A DNA stretch of 64,000 nucleotides from Planococcus sp. (in: firmicutes) (GTDB taxonomy: Bacteria > Bacillota > Bacilli > Bacillales_A > Planococcaceae): the NCBI GenBank assembly GCA_035468565.1, contig DATISS010000181.1:8027-72026 (forward strand), read 5' to 3'. A program made the position numbers and the translations under genes. The notes beneath the pieces are model-generated. The model had not been told where the DNA came from and did no database searches. It saw nothing but the letters and a program-made list of their open reading frames with translations. Shown piece after piece: positions 10,155-18,582 of the stretch. The first letter of the stretch is position 1. Each line of letters opens with the position of its first letter.

Positions 10155-10778
10155 ATGAAGAAGCAAATCATTACACTAACTGCAATCGCAGTATTAAGTG
10201 TAGGCGCAGCAAGCACAGCTAGCGCTAGTTCATCGTATACAGTAGAGTCAGGTGATACTCTTTGGGGTATCTCACAGAAAAATAACGTAACAGTTGATCA
10301 ATTAATGGGTTGGAACGGACTTTCATCCGATTTAATCTTCCCGGGACAAGATTTCACATTAGAAGCTGGCCAAGAGGCTGCACCTAAACAAGCTTCAGCA
10401 CCTGCAGCGGCACCAGCTAAAGCACCCGTGCAAGCATCTGCTCCAGCAGCAGCAAAAGCGGCACCTGCTCCAGCAACTCAGCAAGCCGGCAAAGAAATGA
10501 CAGTTTCAGCTACGGCTTACACTGCATATTGCGCAGGCTGCTCAGGAACAACTGCTACAGGTCAAGATTTGCGTTCTAATCCGAACCAAAAAGTGATTGC
10601 TGTAGACCCGACTGTTATCCCTCTAGGCTCTAAAGTATGGGTTGAAGGATACGGAACTGCTATCGCAGGTGACGTAGGTGGCGCAATTAAAGGCAACAAG
10701 ATTGATGTATTCCTTCCATCTCAAAGCGCAGCACTTGAGTGGGGCCGTAAAAACATCACAATCAAAGTTCTAGACTAA
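10155..10778 (+). CDS. LysM + 3D domain cell-wall protein (YocH-like)
   Basis: Signal peptide; LysM (YTVESGDTLWGIS); Ala/Pro linker; 3D domain (ATAYTA, IAVDPTVIPLGSKVWVEGYG, IAGDVGGAIKGNKIDVF). Confidence 0.9.
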   Translation: MKKQIITLTAIAVLSVGAASTASASSSYTVESGDTLWGISQKNNVTVDQLMGWNGLSSDLIFPGQDFTLEAGQEAAPKQASAPAAAPAKAPVQASAPAAAKAAPAPATQQAGKEMTVSATAYTAYCAGCSGTTATGQDLRSNPNQKVIAVDPTVIPLGSKVWVEGYGTAIAGDVGGAIKGNKIDVFLPSQSAALEWGRKNITIKVLD

Positions 10779-10834
10779 TAATTATAGCCATACAGCTGAG
10801 GTGACCATTCCCTTGGCTTTTTTTATGCCAAAAT

Positions 10835-10910
10835 ACCCCTTATGGACTGCCCCGGAAAGCCAGACGAAATTCTGCTTTCGGAGTCGCAGTGCGATAAGGG
10901 GTTTTTTTTT
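10835..10910. repeat. 68-nt imperfect hairpin with a T9 tail (terminator, sRNA or IS-end remnant)
   Basis: ACCCCTTAT / ATAAGGGGT, ACTGC / GCAGT and CGGAAAGC / GCTTTCG nested stems. Confidence 0.5.
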
Positions 10911-11016
10911 AATATAGATATCAATTAATTTCCATTAATTCTGGTTAAAGCTTTACATATAATAAAATAAGCAATATTCTGAATAGTATATCTACAAAAG
11001 ATAAGGGGGTCTGGAA

Positions 11017-11763
11017 ATGGCGAAAGAAGCAAAGAATTATTCTAGGCGCGACTTTTTGAAAACTTCTGGCGTTGCGGCTGGTGCCTTGATCGGCGGCGGC
11101 ATTATTGGCGGGCTGATTGGCGCCAATGTCAAGGATACTGCTGCTCCGGGAGAAGCGCCTGCTACAAGTGAAGGCGGCGCTGCAGGCGGCGTAAGGGGAT
11201 TGGTGTTCTTCAAGAATGATGCGGAATTCCAAATCCTAGCACAAGCGACGGAACGTATTTTCCCTGAAGATGATTTAGGGCCAGGCGCAATCGGCTTAGG
11301 GGTTCCTTATTTTATCGATCGCCAGCTCGCCGGTGCATACGGGGAGAACTCCAAAGAATACATGCAAGGGCCGTTTTTCGAAGGCGAAATGACACAGGGC
11401 TACCAAAGCCGGCTAAAACGGAACGAGATGTTCCGCCAAGGCTTGCAGATTATGCAGCAAGAAGCGCAATCGCGTTTCAAGGTGAATTTTGTTGACCTTG
11501 AAGGCGGACAAATGGATGAAATCCTGACGGCATTACAGGAAGAGGAGATTCAAATGAGCGGCGTATCTGCCCTGTTCTTTTTCCGCCTCTTGCGAATGGC
11601 AACGCTTGAAGGGGCCTACGCGGACCCGATCTACGGCGGAAACCAGAACATGGAAGGCTGGAAGATGAAAGGGTTTCCTGGACACCAAGCAGCTTATATC
11701 AATGATATTGAGAGTGAAGATTTTGTCGAGATCGAGCCACATTCACTTGGCATGCAAAATTAG
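11017..11763 (+). CDS. Gluconate 2-dehydrogenase subunit 3 (gamma) family protein with a Tat signal
   Basis: Twin-arginine motif SRRDFLK; VPYFIDRQLAG and ADPIYGGNQNMEGWKMKGFPG motifs. Confidence 0.9.
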   Translation: MAKEAKNYSRRDFLKTSGVAAGALIGGGIIGGLIGANVKDTAAPGEAPATSEGGAAGGVRGLVFFKNDAEFQILAQATERIFPEDDLGPGAIGLGVPYFIDRQLAGAYGENSKEYMQGPFFEGEMTQGYQSRLKRNEMFRQGLQIMQQEAQSRFKVNFVDLEGGQMDEILTALQEEEIQMSGVSALFFFRLLRMATLEGAYADPIYGGNQNMEGWKMKGFPGHQAAYINDIESEDFVEIEPHSLGMQN

Positions 11764-11781
11764 GTTAAAGGGGGGACTGCA

Positions 11782-13491
11782 ATGGTCACAACTTTGGATA
11801 AAGTCGATGTAGTTACAGTTGGCGTAGGTTGGACGGGCGGCATCATCGCTGCGGAATGTGCCAAAGAAGGCCTGAAAGTGGTGGGCCTTGAACGCGGGAG
11901 AGAACGTGGCACAGAAGATTTTTCAATTGTCCACGATGAATACCGCTATGCTGTGCGCTATGAACTGATGCAAGATCTGTCAAAAGAAACCGTCACGTTC
12001 CGCAACAGTCGCAAACAGCGTGCGCTGCCGATGCGTCAGATGGGATCTTTCCTGCTTGGTGAAGGGCTTGGAGGTTCCGGTACCCACTGGAACGGGCAAA
12101 ATTGGCGCTTCCTGCCTTACGATTTTCAGATCAAGACGATGACCGAGCAAAAATACGGCAATAAATTGTCCGCTGACTACCTTTTGCAGGACTGGGGCAT
12201 CACCTACGATGAACTGGAGCCTTATTTCGACCGCTTCGAAAAAACGGCCGGTATATCGGGTGAAGATAAGAACCCGTTCTGGGGCAAACGCTCCAGCGAG
12301 TATCCGACGCCGCCGATGAAAAAGACGGCGATTCTGAAGAAGTTCGAGACAGCGTCAACCAAACTTGGCTACTCGCCATTCATGATGCCGTCAGCCAATC
12401 TTTCAGAGGCTTATGAGAATCCGGATGGGCAACAAATCAATGCCTGCCAATACTGCGGGTTCTGCGAACGCTTCGGCTGTGAATACGGCGCCAAGACCTC
12501 ACCTGAAATCACGGTGGTGCCGACAGCGCGCGAAACCGGAAATTATGAAATCAAGTTCAACGCAAATGTTGTAGAAGTCATGAAAGAAGGCGATAAAGTT
12601 ACGGGCGTCCGCTATTTTGATACCGTCACTTTCGAGGAATTCATCCAACCTGCGGAAGTAGTTGTCTTGACCAGCTATATGCTCAACAACGCCAAATTGC
12701 TGATGGTCTCGCAAATTGGCGAACAATACGACCCTGCTACGGGGAGAGGGACGCTTGGTAAAAACTACGCTTATCAGATTCTTCCAGGAGCAACCGGATT
12801 TTTTGATGAGCAGATGAACACGTTCATGGGGGCGGGCGCTCTCGGCATGACAATCGATGATTTTAACGGAGACAGTTTCGACCACAGCGATCTGGATTTC
12901 ATCCACGGTGCAAGCTTATCGATTACCCAAACCGGAAGCCGGCCGATCCTGTTCAACCCGCTTCCGCCTGACACACCTTCATGGGGAGCGGAATTCAAAA
13001 AAGCTTCCATCGAAAATTTCACCCGGACTTTGGGGGTAGGCGGACAGGGTGCTTCGATGCCGCATAAAGAGAATTACTTGGCTCTCGATGGCACTTATAA
13101 AGATATTTACGGAGTGCCATTGCTGCAGATGACTTATAATTTCACCGACCAGGATCGTGCACTGCATTCCTACTTATCAGAAAAAGCGGCTGAAATCATG
13201 AAGGAAATGGGAGCGAAAACAGTTGCAGGCGGCAATCCGATATCGGATTATGACATAGTGCCATACCAGACTACGCATAATACCGGAGGCACGATCATGG
13301 GAGCCGATCCGGCGAATAGTGTCGTCAATAATTATTTGCAGCATTGGGATGCCGAAAACTTGTTCGTTGTCGGCGCAGGGAATTTTGCGCATAATGGCGG
13401 CTATAACCCGACTGGAACAGTCGGAGCTTTGGCTTACCGTTGTGCAGAAGGTGTCATCAATTACAGCAAAAACGGGGGACCCCTCGTTTAA
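11782..13491 (+). CDS. GMC oxidoreductase, gluconate 2-dehydrogenase flavoprotein-like subunit
   Basis: FAD fingerprint GVGWTG, GGSGTHWNG, Fe-S motif CQYCGFCERFGC, C-terminal HNTGG and GYNPTGTVGAL. Confidence 0.9.
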   Translation: MVTTLDKVDVVTVGVGWTGGIIAAECAKEGLKVVGLERGRERGTEDFSIVHDEYRYAVRYELMQDLSKETVTFRNSRKQRALPMRQMGSFLLGEGLGGSGTHWNGQNWRFLPYDFQIKTMTEQKYGNKLSADYLLQDWGITYDELEPYFDRFEKTAGISGEDKNPFWGKRSSEYPTPPMKKTAILKKFETASTKLGYSPFMMPSANLSEAYENPDGQQINACQYCGFCERFGCEYGAKTSPEITVVPTARETGNYEIKFNANVVEVMKEGDKVTGVRYFDTVTFEEFIQPAEVVVLTSYMLNNAKLLMVSQIGEQYDPATGRGTLGKNYAYQILPGATGFFDEQMNTFMGAGALGMTIDDFNGDSFDHSDLDFIHGASLSITQTGSRPILFNPLPPDTPSWGAEFKKASIENFTRTLGVGGQGASMPHKENYLALDGTYKDIYGVPLLQMTYNFTDQDRALHSYLSEKAAEIMKEMGAKTVAGGNPISDYDIVPYQTTHNTGGTIMGADPANSVVNNYLQHWDAENLFVVGAGNFAHNGGYNPTGTVGALAYRCAEGVINYSKNGGPLV

Positions 13492-13509
13492 ACAAAGGAG
13501 GAAAACAAT

Positions 13510-13719
13510 ATGGGAGGATTAGCTTCAATTGGCGTACCGGGATTGATCATTATTCTGGTCATTGTCCTTATTTTATTCGGACCGAAAAAGCTGCCTGAAA
13601 TCGGCGGAGCTGTCGGCAAGACTTTTTCAGAGTTCAAGCGCTCCACTAAAGGGTTGATGGATGACGATGATGAAGAGCCTGCAGCAAAGAAAGAAGAGAA
13701 AAAATCCGAAAACATATGA
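13510..13719 (+). CDS. tatA: Twin-arginine translocase subunit TatA
   Basis: One TM helix, [10 protein letters not shown], amphipathic helix, acidic tail. Confidence 0.93.
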   Translation: MGGLASIGVPGLIIILVIVLILFGPKKLPEIGGAVGKTFSEFKRSTKGLMDDDDEEPAAKKEEKKSENI

Positions 13720-13729
13720 AGGTGGTTAA

Positions 13730-14596
13730 ATGGATCCGTATGGAGAAAGCAAACTAATCAGCCCGCTGGCGAAAAAGAAAGTACAGCTTGAGAAGCCACC
13801 GGAAAAAGAAGTGACATCTATCCAGCATCTTGCGGAAGAGCCGCCGCAAAAACCGCCGGCTCCGGAACCGCCTCCGCAAGATGATCGTGTGGAAACGCTG
13901 ATTGACCATTTGGGCGATCTGCGGAAGCAACTGATTAAAAGCCTGTTGGTTTTCGGCTTGTTCCTGATTGTGGTTTTTTCGACGTTGAATTTATGGTTTC
14001 CTTTTGTTGTCAAAGGCCATGACCTGGTCATTCTCGGGCCGCTTGAAGTCATCAAATTCTACACGTCGATTTCTTTAACGCTGGCGCTCGGCTTGTCGCT
14101 GCCTTTCCTTTGCCATTTCTTGTGGCAGTTTGTAAAACCTGGATTGAAGGAAGAGGAGTCGAAATTCATCGGGCTATATTCTCCGGCGATGCTAGTGCTT
14201 TTTGTAGCGGGAGTTGCATTTGGCTATTTCATCGTCAACCCGTTGAGCTATCAGTTTCTAGTGGGCCTCGGCGCAGCCAATTTCGCGGTGATGATATCAG
14301 CGAGCGAATATATCCATTTTCTGATCATGACCACAATCCCGTTAGGCCTGCTATTTGAAATGCCTATTGTCGCGTTGTTCTTGTCATCAATCGGCATACT
14401 GACTTCGGTATCGATGAAGAAAGTACGGAAATGGTCGTATTTGGTACTTGCCATCGTTTCGGCATTGATCACTCCGCCGGATTTCATCAGCCAGCTGCTG
14501 GTGCTCATTCCGATGGCGGTGCTATATGAGGCAAGTATTTACATCGTCCGTAAAATGGAAGGACGGAAAGCGAACGTGGAATCTTCCTCCGTATAA
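13730..14596 (+). CDS. tatC: Twin-arginine translocase subunit TatC (Pro-rich N-terminal extension)
   Basis: HLGDLRKQL, PGLKEEE, FEMP and ALITPPDFISQ motifs. Confidence 0.93.
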   Translation: MDPYGESKLISPLAKKKVQLEKPPEKEVTSIQHLAEEPPQKPPAPEPPPQDDRVETLIDHLGDLRKQLIKSLLVFGLFLIVVFSTLNLWFPFVVKGHDLVILGPLEVIKFYTSISLTLALGLSLPFLCHFLWQFVKPGLKEEESKFIGLYSPAMLVLFVAGVAFGYFIVNPLSYQFLVGLGAANFAVMISASEYIHFLIMTTIPLGLLFEMPIVALFLSSIGILTSVSMKKVRKWSYLVLAIVSALITPPDFISQLLVLIPMAVLYEASIYIVRKMEGRKANVESSSV

Positions 14597-14614
14597 TCTG
14601 CGATAACACATCAG

Positions 14615-14648
14615 CCTGTACAGAGGTGAATTCTGTGCAGGTTTTTTT
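14615..14648 (+). terminator. Rho-independent terminator of the dehydrogenase-tat operon
   Basis: CCTGTACAGA / TCTGTGCAGG stem plus T7. Confidence 0.7.
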
Positions 14649-14661
14649 GTATGGAATCCAT

Positions 14662-14792
14662 CTATATAAGTTGAACTAAAGAAAATAACTTTTATACACC
14701 GCTTCGGCGCTTAGGGCATGGCTCTCGCCCGCGACAAGCGCAGCTGTTTTGCGGAATATCGACACTGGGAATCATTAGTTCAACTTATATAG
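14662..14792. mobile_element. 131-bp MITE-like element with perfect 18-bp terminal inverted repeats
   Basis: CTATATAAGTTGAACTAA (14662-14679) and TTAGTTCAACTTATATAG (14775-14792); interior carries the repeat core GCTGTTTTGCGGAATATC (14743-14760). Confidence 0.6.
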
Positions 14793-14909
14793 CTAAAAAG
14801 AAAGTTTAAAATAAAGAAAATTCTGACTTTAAGGTAGCGCATACCGGTAGTTTTCTATACACTGAAAGAGGAACGGTAGCAAGCATAGACCAGGATGAGG
14901 AGGAGCGGC

Positions 14910-15380
14910 ATGAAACTTGAATTGAAAGAAATCACAGATTTAAAATCAGTCGATGTCTCGAAATTGGTGGAAGAAAGTGAAGCGGAAGGGTATCGCTTTT
15001 TACGGCGGCTTGTCGACCAATACGAAGACGGCACAAATACATTCGATAAAGAGGGCGAAATCTTATACGGGGCGTGGGACCAGCATGGTCATTTAGTGGC
15101 GATTGGCGGCATAAACCGGGATCCTTATTCAGATAAAAGCGGTGTAGGGCGGCTGCGGCGATTTTACATTTCGTCTGGGGCACGCAGGCAAGGCATCGGG
15201 ACGAAGCTCCTGAAAAAAATCGTCGATCACGCACGCGGACATTTCAAGGAAATTGTCGTGAGGACAGATTCAGCGAACGCAGACGCTTTTTACCGAGCAA
15301 ATGGTTTTTCGGGAGACCTTGGCCTTCCGGAGGCAACACATGGCCTCACATTGGATAGCCATTATTCGAAAACAATGTAA
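14910..15380 (+). CDS. GNAT family N-acetyltransferase
   Basis: Motif A RRFYISSGARRQGIGTKL; FYRANGF. Confidence 0.88.
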   Translation: MKLELKEITDLKSVDVSKLVEESEAEGYRFLRRLVDQYEDGTNTFDKEGEILYGAWDQHGHLVAIGGINRDPYSDKSGVGRLRRFYISSGARRQGIGTKLLKKIVDHARGHFKEIVVRTDSANADAFYRANGFSGDLGLPEATHGLTLDSHYSKTM

Positions 15381-15386
15381 TGATAT

Positions 15387-15418
15387 AAAAAGCGGCTTGC
15401 TTATGCGAGCCGCTTTTT
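15387..15418 (+). terminator. Rho-independent terminator
   Basis: AAAAGCGGCTTGC / GCGAGCCGCTTTT. Confidence 0.7.
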
Positions 15419-15478
15419 AGTATGTTAAAGGTAAACCCAGCTGGTTTCCGGAATAGAAAAACAAGCGATGGAGGAATT

Positions 15479-15898
15479 ATGATGGAAATGTCCAATTGGC
15501 AAGGTGCGGCCGGAATATGCGTCAATGATAAAAATGAGGTGCTGCTTGTACAGCAAAACATGCCTGAAGATGGCGACAAGAAATGGGCCGTTCCTGCGGG
15601 CGGCGCAGAATCTGGTGAAAGCTTGCGCGCGTGCTGCGAGCGGGAGTTTTTTGAAGAAACGGGTTTGATTGTCGAAGCGAAAGAGGAATTGACAGTGAAA
15701 AAAGGGGAATACGAAAATTCGGCTGTATCGTTCGAAGTGCATTATTTCCGTGTGGAAGTGACCGGCGGAGAAATCATTGCAGAAGATCCGTTCGGCTTGA
15801 TCTTGGACGTTGCTTGGAAACCGGTCGGCGAGCTGATCGATTTGAACATGGCTTATCCAGATGACCGCGCCTTGATCGAATCATTATTGAAAAACTGA
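15479..15898 (+). CDS. NUDIX hydrolase
   Basis: Nudix box GGAESGESLRACCEREFFEETG; GGAGG RBS before ATG 15479. Confidence 0.88.
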   Translation: MMEMSNWQGAAGICVNDKNEVLLVQQNMPEDGDKKWAVPAGGAESGESLRACCEREFFEETGLIVEAKEELTVKKGEYENSAVSFEVHYFRVEVTGGEIIAEDPFGLILDVAWKPVGELIDLNMAYPDDRALIESLLKN

Positions 15899-15959
15899 AA
15901 GGATTAAAAATGGGCGGAAAGGGTATTTTAATGCTAACTGAAAGTTGAGGAGGGAACAT

Positions 15960-16127
15960 ATGAAAAAAGGCAAGGAAGAGCACGAAGGGGAAGAACTGAT
16001 TCCAGAAGTCGAACCGCGCCGCGATATGCCTGAAAAGAAAGAAATAGATCCCATGCCTGACCGTGATTTGGAATACAAAGAGAACTCGAATGAGAAATAT
16101 AGAGATCAACAGCCCCGAAAAGAATAA
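15960..16127 (+). CDS. Small charged hypothetical protein
   Basis: AGGAGG RBS; 55 aa; followed by a terminator. Confidence 0.65.
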   Translation: MKKGKEEHEGEELIPEVEPRRDMPEKKEIDPMPDRDLEYKENSNEKYRDQQPRKE

Positions 16128-16154
16128 AACAAGCCGTCTTCGGCTTGTTTTTTT
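16126..16154 (+). terminator. Rho-independent terminator
   Basis: AAAACAAGCCG / CGGCTTGTTTT plus T run. Confidence 0.75.
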
Positions 16155-16195
16155 CAATCAGCATGTAATTTTGGAGCGCAAAAAGGGGGAAGAGT

Positions 16196-17149
16196 ATGGC
16201 TCAATACCAGTTCATGCATGTGGTATGGCAAGAAGAAGGGGCAATTGGCGATGAGGACTTCCTGAAATTCCTGCCGGACCATTACAAGATGCATTCATGG
16301 ATCAAGGATTCCGAAGATTTAGTAGTGAATATCCTCCATAATGATACAGTTGAGAAAGGGCGCGAAGGAATTTGGGGATCGCTCATCTATCGGCAAAGCC
16401 AGCACGATAAAGGGGAATTGGATGTATTCCACTTTTATTTGTCGAGGGACATTCTGGTGACGAACCAATTGGATTTCGAGAAGGATGCCGACCTTGATAA
16501 AGAAACCCTCCTGAAACAGATGGAGGCGTCCACAACAACCATCGAGCTGATGATGGTAGTCCTTGGGCATATGGTCAGCTCCATTCTCCATAAAATCGAC
16601 CAATTCGAAGAGCGTTTACGCAATCTATTATGGGAAATCAGTGAAAACAATAAAAGCAAGACCTTGGATAAAATATCGGATTTGCGGCATGAGCTTTTGT
16701 TGTGGAAACACTTGATCCAAGGTTTTGCCGAGATTAAAATGGCTATTCCGGAAACGTTCGGACGCGACGTCCATGACGGCATCGAGTTTTACCGTACGTC
16801 GCAGCGCATTGAGCGCTGTGTTATTCTAGTTGAATCTTATGAAGACGAAATCAAGAACATGGTGGACATGGAGAATGTGGTCGCCAATTACCGAGGGAAC
16901 GAGATCATCAAAACGCTGACGGTTTTAACGACCCTTTTTACGCCGGCTATGGCTTGGGGCGCGATATGGGGCATGAACTTCAAGTATATGCCTGAAATTT
17001 ATTGGACGTTCGGCTATTTGGTTTCGCTCGCCATCATATTCAGTTCAACGTTGGCGCTCTACCTTTTCTTTAGAAGAAGAGGATGGACCGGCGACATTTT
17101 AAAAGCAAAAAATCCGGACTTGGAGAAGCCGGAAAAAAACGGGGAATAG
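16196..17149 (+). CDS. CorA family magnesium/cobalt transporter
   Basis: C-terminal two-TM region with WGMNFKYMPE signature. Confidence 0.9.
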   Translation: MAQYQFMHVVWQEEGAIGDEDFLKFLPDHYKMHSWIKDSEDLVVNILHNDTVEKGREGIWGSLIYRQSQHDKGELDVFHFYLSRDILVTNQLDFEKDADLDKETLLKQMEASTTTIELMMVVLGHMVSSILHKIDQFEERLRNLLWEISENNKSKTLDKISDLRHELLLWKHLIQGFAEIKMAIPETFGRDVHDGIEFYRTSQRIERCVILVESYEDEIKNMVDMENVVANYRGNEIIKTLTVLTTLFTPAMAWGAIWGMNFKYMPEIYWTFGYLVSLAIIFSSTLALYLFFRRRGWTGDILKAKNPDLEKPEKNGE

Positions 17150-17156
17150 CTCCCCG

Positions 17157-17471
17157 CTAATAATGTGCTTTATCTTTTTCCAGCTCTTCCAGCAATTCGG
17201 TATAGCGCTGGAGATCCTGATCTCCGTGTTTTTCAATATAATCGACCACTTGGTTTTTCAAGTCTTTCCGCAGGCGTTCCACAGCAACTAGCTTTTCCTT
17301 CATCGACTGGCGCTTCCACATTTCGGCGTCTTTCACATCTTCCATTTTTTCCAGTAAATCAATTTCTGCCAGCAAAACGAGAGCTTCCGTTTTCTTGTCT
17401 TCGTATTTCTTCAATGCTTTCTCTACTTTTCGGGTGTCGTTATCAAAAGCAATTTTTGAATACATGGACAT
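17157..17471 (-). CDS. Hypothetical coiled-coil protein
   Basis: 104-aa charged helical ORF convergent with corA. Confidence 0.75.
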   Translation of the reverse strand: MSMYSKIAFDNDTRKVEKALKKYEDKKTEALVLLAEIDLLEKMEDVKDAEMWKRQSMKEKLVAVERLRKDLKNQVVDYIEKHGDQDLQRYTELLEELEKDKAHY

Positions 17472-17739
17472 GGTATCCGCCGCCTTTCGCCTTTTATTAT
17501 CGTTATTTCCCTTATTGTCCTTATTTTAATCCTTATCCGGCCGTTATTGGGTCGGCTCTGTAAAAAAATCGGCAAAAGCTAGTGGTGTTTTGATAAAAAA
17601 ATTCTGAACTATCGTTTTTGCCAAAGAAGAAAAAAATGGCTCGCCGGTAACTTGAAAGTGCCGCCGAAAGTAGCGCATACGCCGAAAGGTATGGGATACT
17701 GAAGAAAGACGAAAAAAGAGAAATGGGTAAGGTGAATAT

Positions 17740-18498
17740 ATGGTCGCAATCGGCACGATACCAAATAATATATCTTTGATGAACGCACTGGATCATATCG
17801 GGGAAACGATTATGATAACTGACGAGACTTATACGATACGCTGGATGAATACAGAGGCGCACCGGCTGCTGTCGGGCATCGCGCCTTTATATGGCATTGA
17901 GGATTGCCGGGACTTGATCGGCATGAATATGGACGATTTCCACTTGCAGCCGGGCCACCAACGGAAGTTGATGGAGGGGCTGACGGAAGGGCATCGTGCC
18001 CGCATTACCATCCGCAACGCCTTTGTCACAGATATTGTCATCACTCCGATCAAGGACAGCGAAGAAATTGCCGGCTATATCGTCATGCTGATGGACGTGA
18101 CCACGCAAGCTGACGAACAGAAGCGGAACGAACAGTTGATCAAAGATCTGTCGATTCCGATCTTGAATATATGGGCAAAAACGATTGCATTGCCGCTTAT
18201 CGGAGAGTTTGACAGAAACCGTTCCGATGAATTGCTGGCGACTGTACTCATGGAATGCTCCGGAAAAAATATTGAATACGTGCTGCTCGATTTGAGCGGC
18301 ATCACGGAATTTGAAAACGAAATCCGCTACCAGATCCAGATGATGACCGACAGTTTGAAACTTATCGGGACACAATGCATCTTGGTGGGGATTAGCCCGA
18401 AGCTCGCAATGTCCATTGTAGCACTGGAAAGTGGCACCCCAATCTTCAGTACGGCGCACGCCGGTCTAAAGCACATCATTGAGCACCAGACTCTCTGA
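17740..18498 (+). CDS. PAS + STAS domain protein (RsbR-like); the PAS resembles the Aer2 heme-PAS
   Basis: N-terminal ALD..MITD..WMN..LIGMNMDDFHLQPGHQR; C-terminal LSIPIL..LPLIGEFD..VLLDLSG..LIGTQCILVGISP. Confidence 0.88.
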   Translation: MVAIGTIPNNISLMNALDHIGETIMITDETYTIRWMNTEAHRLLSGIAPLYGIEDCRDLIGMNMDDFHLQPGHQRKLMEGLTEGHRARITIRNAFVTDIVITPIKDSEEIAGYIVMLMDVTTQADEQKRNEQLIKDLSIPILNIWAKTIALPLIGEFDRNRSDELLATVLMECSGKNIEYVLLDLSGITEFENEIRYQIQMMTDSLKLIGTQCILVGISPKLAMSIVALESGTPIFSTAHAGLKHIIEHQTL

Positions 18499-18546
18499 TC
18501 CGGGAATTCCATCAAAGAAAACTGTCCGAACAAATAATGGCCGAGA

Positions 18547-18582
18547 AAAAACAGCTTATCCTTTTAGCGGATAAGCTGTTTT
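18547..18582. terminator. Bidirectional terminator
   Basis: AAAACAGCTTATCC / GGATAAGCTGTTTT between convergent genes. Confidence 0.75.

Noticed and set aside
10375-10480. Ala/Pro repeats in the LysM/3D gene
   Set aside because: Ordinary low-complexity linker of YocH-type proteins.
17887-18459. 190-aa antisense ORF over the PAS-STAS gene
   Set aside because: Shadow frame; the + strand ORF has clear domain homology.
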